A stretch of DNA of 40,984 nucleotides, from positions 1 through 40,984 of the forward strand of contig CBFIGY010000025.1 in the NCBI GenBank assembly GCA_965662235.1, in the 5' to 3' direction. The stretch is from an uncultured bacterium. Lineage in GTDB: Bacteria; SAR324; NAC60-12. A model generated the notes under the pieces. The model was not told the origin of the DNA, did not search any database, and saw nothing but the letters and a program-made list of their open reading frames with translations. The position numbers and the translations under genes are program-made. Numbering within the stretch: the stretch's first letter is position 1; the number at the start of each line of letters is the position of its first letter. Shown piece by piece: positions 35,941 through 40,984 of this stretch.

Positions 35941-36963
35941 ATGAGCGGGATCATGAGTGGAGGAGAAAAGCCGATTCGGATGCAGGAAGTCGCAGAGCTC
36001 GCTGGGGTTTCGATCATGACGGTCTCGCGGGTGCTGCGGATGCCCGAGAAGGTAGCAGAGGCGTCTCGCAAACGGGTACGGGAGGCGATTGAGACGCTGG
36101 GATACGTCCCGGATCTGGCGGCAGGCGCGCTTTCTTCGATGCGCAGCCACTTCATTGTGGCGTTGATTCCGATGATGAACAGCTCCCCATTTGCGAACAC
36201 CATGCAGAGCCTGTCATCGGTGCTGAATGAGTCCGGGTACCAGCTGCTAATTGGCACCACCGACTACGCGCTGGAAAAGGAGGAGTCGCTGGTCCGGACG
36301 CTGCTGGGACACCGGCCACAGGGCATTGTGCTGACTGGACGGCAGCACCATCCGGAGGTGTACAAGCTGCTCAAGCGCTCTGGCATTCCTGTCGTGGAGA
36401 TCTGGGACCTTCCGGAGTCGCCAATTGATCTGGCAGTGGGGTACTCGAATTTTGACTGCGGCGTCCGCTTGACGGAGTACCTGTATGCCCGGGGGCGTCG
36501 GAAGATCGGGTTTGCCCTAGCAGAAATGCGTGATGACGACCGGGGGGAGCAGCGCCTGCAGGGGTACCAGGAAACGGTGCGACGCCTCGGGCTTCCGGAG
36601 CGGGTGGTCCGGGCCGGACAGCCTCCGGTGACCATGGAGCTGGGAGGACGCCTGTTGCGGATCCTGCTGCAGGAGCATCCGGAGGTCGATTCCGTCATCT
36701 GCGTCAGCGACACCCTTGCCATTGGGGTCCTTTCAGAGTGCCGCAAGCAGGGACGCACGGTTCCGGAGGACCTGGCTGTGGTGGGATTTGGAGACTTTGA
36801 GGTGGCTCAGCACACGGCCCCTCCCTTGACGACCATCCGAGTCTCCGGACACGAAATTGGACGTCAGACGGCCCACTTGCTGCTCGAACGCCTGGAGTCC
36901 GGATCCCCTCGCCGCTCGCAGGTTGAGGTTTCGTTTGAACTGATTGAGCGCGGCTCTGCCTAA
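35941..36963 (+). CDS. LacI family transcriptional regulator (similar to E. coli gluconate repressor GntR)
   Basis: HTH MQEVAELAGVSIMTVSRVL, LGYVPD.AA, PVVEIWD, VPEDLAVVGFGD, PPLTTI, IERGS. Confidence 0.93.
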   Translation: MSGIMSGGEKPIRMQEVAELAGVSIMTVSRVLRMPEKVAEASRKRVREAIETLGYVPDLAAGALSSMRSHFIVALIPMMNSSPFANTMQSLSSVLNESGYQLLIGTTDYALEKEESLVRTLLGHRPQGIVLTGRQHHPEVYKLLKRSGIPVVEIWDLPESPIDLAVGYSNFDCGVRLTEYLYARGRRKIGFALAEMRDDDRGEQRLQGYQETVRRLGLPERVVRAGQPPVTMELGGRLLRILLQEHPEVDSVICVSDTLAIGVLSECRKQGRTVPEDLAVVGFGDFEVAQHTAPPLTTIRVSGHEIGRQTAHLLLERLESGSPRRSQVEVSFELIERGSA

Positions 36964-36993
36964 ACCTTCACTATTTTCCATCAGGAGACACGC

Positions 36994-37455
36994 ATGAGTT
37001 ACGAAAAACGCCTTCAGGAACTGGGCATCACCCTTCCTGAAACCCCGACCCCGGTGGCCAATTATGTCCCCGGCGTCATCACGGGCGATCTGCTTTTTTT
37101 GTCCGGGCAGGGACCTCGTAAGCCCGACAACACCTTTGAGCTGGGGGTCATTGGCGATGACGTCAGCGTGGAGGAAGGCTACCAGCACGCGCGGCTGACA
37201 GGGCTGTTCCTGCTGTCAGCGGCTCGGAGTCTCTTGGGCAGCCTCGACCGGGTGGATCAGGTGGTCAAGATCCTCGCAATGGTCCGAGCCACCCCAGATT
37301 GTCCGGATCAGCCCAAGGTTGCCAACGGGCTTTCGGACCTGATGGTCGAGGTTTTTGGAGACGCCGGACGGCATGCCCGCTCTGCAGTGGGCATGGGGTC
37401 GTTGCCAAACGGCATGACCTTTGAGGCGGAAGCGATCCTCCGCATCAAGCCCTGA
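36994..37455 (+). CDS. Rid/YjgF/UK114 family protein
   Basis: PVANYVP, LSGQGP, P.VANGLSDLM.EVFG..GRHARSAVG with the conserved Arg. AGGAG upstream. Confidence 0.9.
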   Translation: MSYEKRLQELGITLPETPTPVANYVPGVITGDLLFLSGQGPRKPDNTFELGVIGDDVSVEEGYQHARLTGLFLLSAARSLLGSLDRVDQVVKILAMVRATPDCPDQPKVANGLSDLMVEVFGDAGRHARSAVGMGSLPNGMTFEAEAILRIKP

Positions 37456-37467
37456 AGGCGTGCTGGC

Positions 37468-39369
37468 ATGAGCTTTTTTTCCTTCTCGGCACAGGTGAAT
37501 GCAGACCAGCAGCTGGCCTGCACCTTTCGCAACGGGAGCCCGGAGTCGCTGGTGTCCTTTCGGCTGGGGCTCAGTCTGGTGACAGGGGGCGTGGCGGTGT
37601 CCGGATGTCGGTTCACCCGGCAGCTGGGGGGCTACTGCGAGGTTGCTCCAGACGGAGAGGAACCGCTGGCACCCGGCGCTGAGTGGACGTTTGTGCTGGC
37701 CTACCATGAGCCGCACTACGTTCCGCTGAATCAGTCCTGGGGTCCACAGGGGGTGTACCTCATTCAGGCCGACGAGACCACGGTTCCGGTGAACTCAGGA
37801 GCCCTGGTCTTTCCTGAGGAGCCGCCGCTTCCGCAGCTAGACGTGGTTCCTGAAACTCCGCGCCTCCGTTTGATTCCGCACCCGGCATTTTGGGAACCCA
37901 CGGACGCGACCTGCTCGCTCACCTCCGGAATCGTGGGCGACCCAAACGCGGGTCCTGTGCTTCCGGAGGTGCTGGAGGCGGTTGAGGCTCTGGCCCAGCG
38001 GTGCGGGTTTCAGCCGTTGCAGTCCGGACACGCGGACGCCTGCCCGCTTGTTGTGCACTGGGAAGACGCCTTGGGGCCGGAAGCGTACTGGCTGGAAATT
38101 CGTCCGGAGGCACTGCACCTGGGCGCGTCAGGCGATTCGGGGCTGCGGTATGGCCTGCTGACGCTGTTGCAGCTCGCAGAGGCCTACGACCATGAGCTTC
38201 CGTGCGGACGCCTAGAGGATGCTCCACGGTTTCCCTGGCGAGGCCAGCACTTTGACTGCGCCCGGCACTTTTACGAGGTGAAGAGCCTCCTGCGGCTGCT
38301 GGACCTGATGGCGTTGCTGAAGCTCAACCGCCTGCACTGGCACCTGATTGACGATGAAGCGTTTCGGTTGGAGCTGGAAGGCTTCCCGGAACTGGCAGCC
38401 CAGACGTCTACCCGTGGCCACGGATGCCTGGTGCCAGGTGTGTTTGGCGGAGGTGCGGGTCCGAACGGAGGCACGTACTCGGCTGCAGACGTTCAGCAGG
38501 TGCTGGACCGAGCGCATCAGCTGGGCATTGAGGTGATGCCGGAGGTGGAGATTCCGGCGCACGCCTGGGCGCTGCTGCAGGTCTTTCCTGAACTGCGGGA
38601 TCCAGAAGACACCAGCCGAGAGGTGTCGGTTCAGTGCTATCCGGAGAACACCCTCAACCCGGCATTGGAGGCTACCTGGACGTTTCTGGAGAAGCTGCTT
38701 CCGGAAGTCCACCGCCTCTTCCCTGATGGGTGGGTGCACCTGGGATGCGACGAATTGCCCCCGGGGACCTGGGAACACTCGCCGGCAGTGGCGCGGCTCA
38801 AGAAAGAGCAGGGGCTGACGACCACTGACGATGTTCAGGAGTGGACCATGCGTCGGGCGGCTGCGATCCTTCAGCAAGCGGGGGCCCGAGTGGGCGCGTG
38901 GGAAGAAGCCGCTCGGGGACAGCACGGAGGCATTGGTCCGGAGACGCTGCTCTTTTCCTGGACCGGGCAGGGACCGGGGTTGGAGGCCGCCCGTCGTGGC
39001 TACTCCGTGGTGATGTGTCCGGCCCCGCACACGTACTTTGACCTGGCCCAGACGGGACATCCGTCTGGACGGGGCATCAGCTGGGCTGGACTGGTGGGGC
39101 TGCGTCAGGCGCTGGAGTGGCATCCAGTGCCTCCGGAGGAACCGGAGCTGGCGCCGCGCATCCATGGGGTTCAGGGTCAGCTCTGGGCTGAAACGATTCT
39201 GGAGGACCCGATGATGGAGGCGATGCTGGCGCCCCGGATTCTGGCGCTGGCCGAGGTGGCCTGGTGTCAGGAGGCACGCAAGCGGGCGTATCCGGAATTT
39301 GTCGGCGCCGCGCAAGCGTTCTTACCGTTACTTTCGAAGATGAACTGGGAATCTCACGACCTCGTCTGA
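37468..39369 (+). CDS. GH20 beta-N-acetylhexosaminidase
   Basis: DAPRFPWRG, DCARHF, LNRLHWHLIDDE, MPEVEIPAH, catalytic HLGCDE, YFD, GQLWAE, PRILALAEVAW. No signal peptide. Confidence 0.9.
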   Translation: MSFFSFSAQVNADQQLACTFRNGSPESLVSFRLGLSLVTGGVAVSGCRFTRQLGGYCEVAPDGEEPLAPGAEWTFVLAYHEPHYVPLNQSWGPQGVYLIQADETTVPVNSGALVFPEEPPLPQLDVVPETPRLRLIPHPAFWEPTDATCSLTSGIVGDPNAGPVLPEVLEAVEALAQRCGFQPLQSGHADACPLVVHWEDALGPEAYWLEIRPEALHLGASGDSGLRYGLLTLLQLAEAYDHELPCGRLEDAPRFPWRGQHFDCARHFYEVKSLLRLLDLMALLKLNRLHWHLIDDEAFRLELEGFPELAAQTSTRGHGCLVPGVFGGGAGPNGGTYSAADVQQVLDRAHQLGIEVMPEVEIPAHAWALLQVFPELRDPEDTSREVSVQCYPENTLNPALEATWTFLEKLLPEVHRLFPDGWVHLGCDELPPGTWEHSPAVARLKKEQGLTTTDDVQEWTMRRAAAILQQAGARVGAWEEAARGQHGGIGPETLLFSWTGQGPGLEAARRGYSVVMCPAPHTYFDLAQTGHPSGRGISWAGLVGLRQALEWHPVPPEEPELAPRIHGVQGQLWAETILEDPMMEAMLAPRILALAEVAWCQEARKRAYPEFVGAAQAFLPLLSKMNWESHDLV

Positions 39370-39397
39370 GGAGATTCTGGAACAAGGAGGAAACCCT

Positions 39398-40321
39398 GTG
39401 TTAACCGGCACCGCTGCGCGCCCCAAGGGGTGGCGGCAGATTCTGCGCTCTCCCGTCTTCTTTGCTTGGCTGCTGATCCTTCCGGCAGCGCTGTACCTGG
39501 TTCTGGTGGTGGCCTGGCCCTTGGTGGAAACCATCCGCCTGTCCTTCACCAACGCAGGGCTGGGCGGTGAGGAATACGTCGGCTGGGAAAATTACGAAAA
39601 GCTCCTCTCCAGCCGCTCCTTCCCTCAGATTGTCGGCCGGACCTTTTACTGGATGATCCTTTCCGTCAGCCTGAAGCTGATTTTGGGACTGATTGGAGCA
39701 ACGTTGCTGAACGCCAAGGTCCCGGGACGGGCGCTCTTTCGGGTGCTGGTGATGCCGCCGTGGGTGGTGCCCATTGCCATTGGCTGCATTGGGTGGCTGT
39801 GGCTTTACAACGGACACTTTGGCGTCATCTCCGGAGTCCTGATGCGGACGGGATTGCTGGATGGGCCATTTGAGTTTCTGGCGTACAAGAGCAGCGCTTT
39901 CTATTCCGCGCTGGTGACAGACGTTTGGGTTGGGACCCCCATGGTGACGGTCTTCTTCCTGGCGGCCATGCAGGGGGTGCCGGAGGACCTCTATGAGGCC
40001 GCCTATGTGGATGGGGCCTCCCGCTGGTACCGCTTCCGACGCATCACCTTGCCGCAGATCATGCCGGTGATTGTCACCATGGCCCTGCTGTCGGCGATCT
40101 GGACCTTCAACTCCTTTGAGATCATCTGGATCCTGACGGAAGGGGGGCCCCGGGGGGCAACCACGACCCTGATCATTGACACGTATAAGCAGGCCATTTC
40201 CGGATACAAGTTTGGCGTTGGTGCCACCCGAGCGGTGATGGTGGTGTTGCTGCTCTCGGCCTTCTCGCTGCTCTACCTGTGGCTCCTGAACAAGATCAAC
40301 CGCCGTTACGAGAGCAAGTAG
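39398..40321 (+). CDS. carbohydrate ABC transporter permease 1
   Basis: Multiple TM helices, VGWENY, EAA motif LYEAAYVDGASRW. AAGGAGG precedes the GTG start. Confidence 0.93.
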   Translation: MLTGTAARPKGWRQILRSPVFFAWLLILPAALYLVLVVAWPLVETIRLSFTNAGLGGEEYVGWENYEKLLSSRSFPQIVGRTFYWMILSVSLKLILGLIGATLLNAKVPGRALFRVLVMPPWVVPIAIGCIGWLWLYNGHFGVISGVLMRTGLLDGPFEFLAYKSSAFYSALVTDVWVGTPMVTVFFLAAMQGVPEDLYEAAYVDGASRWYRFRRITLPQIMPVIVTMALLSAIWTFNSFEIIWILTEGGPRGATTTLIIDTYKQAISGYKFGVGATRAVMVVLLLSAFSLLYLWLLNKINRRYESK

Positions 40322-40323
40322 TC

Positions 40324-40984
40324 ATGGAAAAGTATGGACTGGGGCAAAAGATTGCCCTCTACAGTGCGATTGCGGTGTTCCTGACCTTCATCCTGTTGCC
40401 CTTCTTTGAGATGTTCATGGCCTCGCTGCGGCCGCTGGATCACCTGTTCCGGATGCCGTACCAGTTCTGGTCGGAGGACCTGTCGTTCCAGGCGTACCAT
40501 GACATCTGGAAGACGGTGCCGAAGCTGCCCCGTTACATCTTCAACAGCGTCTTTCTGGCAACGGTGACAACGCTGCTGTGCATGGCGTTTGTGATTCCTG
40601 CGGCCTACGCCTACGCCCGTTTCGAGTTTAAGGGAAAGGCCGTGAGCCTAGGAATTTTCCTAGGGGTCAACATGTTTGCCGGGGCGGTGCTGCTGATTCC
40701 GCTGTACAAGCTGCTCCGGACCATGGGGTTGCTCAACACTTATGCGGCCATGATTGTCCCGGGGGCTGCCTTTTTGATTCCCACCGGAATCTGGATGCTC
40801 AAGGCGTATTTGGAGAAGATCCCGATTGAGCTGGAGGAGTCGGCGCGGGTCGATGGCGCGTCCCGGATGTACATCCTCCGGCGCGTGGTGATCCCACTTG
40901 CGGTGCCGGGATTGATTGTGGTCAGTGTGGCCACGTTCATTGGCGCCTACGCCCAGCAGTTCCTGTTTGCGGTGACTTTCAACC
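40324..40984 (+). CDS. carbohydrate ABC transporter permease 2 (partial, runs off the window)
   Basis: ATG 40324 gives MEKYGLGQKIALYSAIAVFLTFILLPFF..., with YIFNS, AYAYARF and EAA-like IPIELEESARVDGAS. Open to the window end. Confidence 0.92.
   Translation, partial: MEKYGLGQKIALYSAIAVFLTFILLPFFEMFMASLRPLDHLFRMPYQFWSEDLSFQAYHDIWKTVPKLPRYIFNSVFLATVTTLLCMAFVIPAAYAYARFEFKGKAVSLGIFLGVNMFAGAVLLIPLYKLLRTMGLLNTYAAMIVPGAAFLIPTGIWMLKAYLEKIPIELEESARVDGASRMYILRRVVIPLAVPGLIVVSVATFIGAYAQQFLFAVTFN

Noticed and set aside
1..40984. CRISPR arrays, tRNA, rRNA, tmRNA, SRP RNA
   Set aside because: No regularly spaced repeats or diagnostic RNA motifs were seen in the intergenic regions by eye. A covariance-model scan would be needed to exclude divergent RNAs.

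Overview
A GC-rich, gene-dense bacterial chromosomal segment. The gene styles suggest a deltaproteobacteria-like lineage such as SAR324, but that is inference only. I found no rRNA, tRNA, CRISPR array or intact mobile element. Contents in order: (1) FAH-family dehydratase and an FSA-type aldolase. (2) A sigma54-driven operon of circularly permuted ATP-grasp, alpha-E, transglutaminase and Anbu, with a denD-like dehydrogenase appended. (3) A lone serine recombinase homolog whose catalytic Ser is replaced by Asn. (4) A FemAB-like GNAT protein. (5) ilvE, an M6 metalloprotease lipoprotein, and a separate downstream gene that looks like the M6 propeptide. (6) A Tat-less Psr/Phs/Arr-type molybdoenzyme with a fused FeS-NrfD subunit, divergent from a truncated cysG/cobA, a TSUP and a DUF1634-like gene. 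(7) A K+ channel with two RCK regions, Sel1 and TerB-like domains, plus a pore-less CASTOR/POLLUX-like RCK protein. (8) alr, a TPR-SLT lytic transglycosylase, pcaD, xdhC and mfd. (9) A LacI-regulated Rid, GH20 hexosaminidase and sugar ABC operon running off the end. The most notable observations are the split M6 protease/propeptide pair, the apparently catalytically dead recombinase, the channel architecture, the uncharacterised sulfur-type Mo enzyme module, and strong window-wide over-representation of the palindrome TCCGGA.
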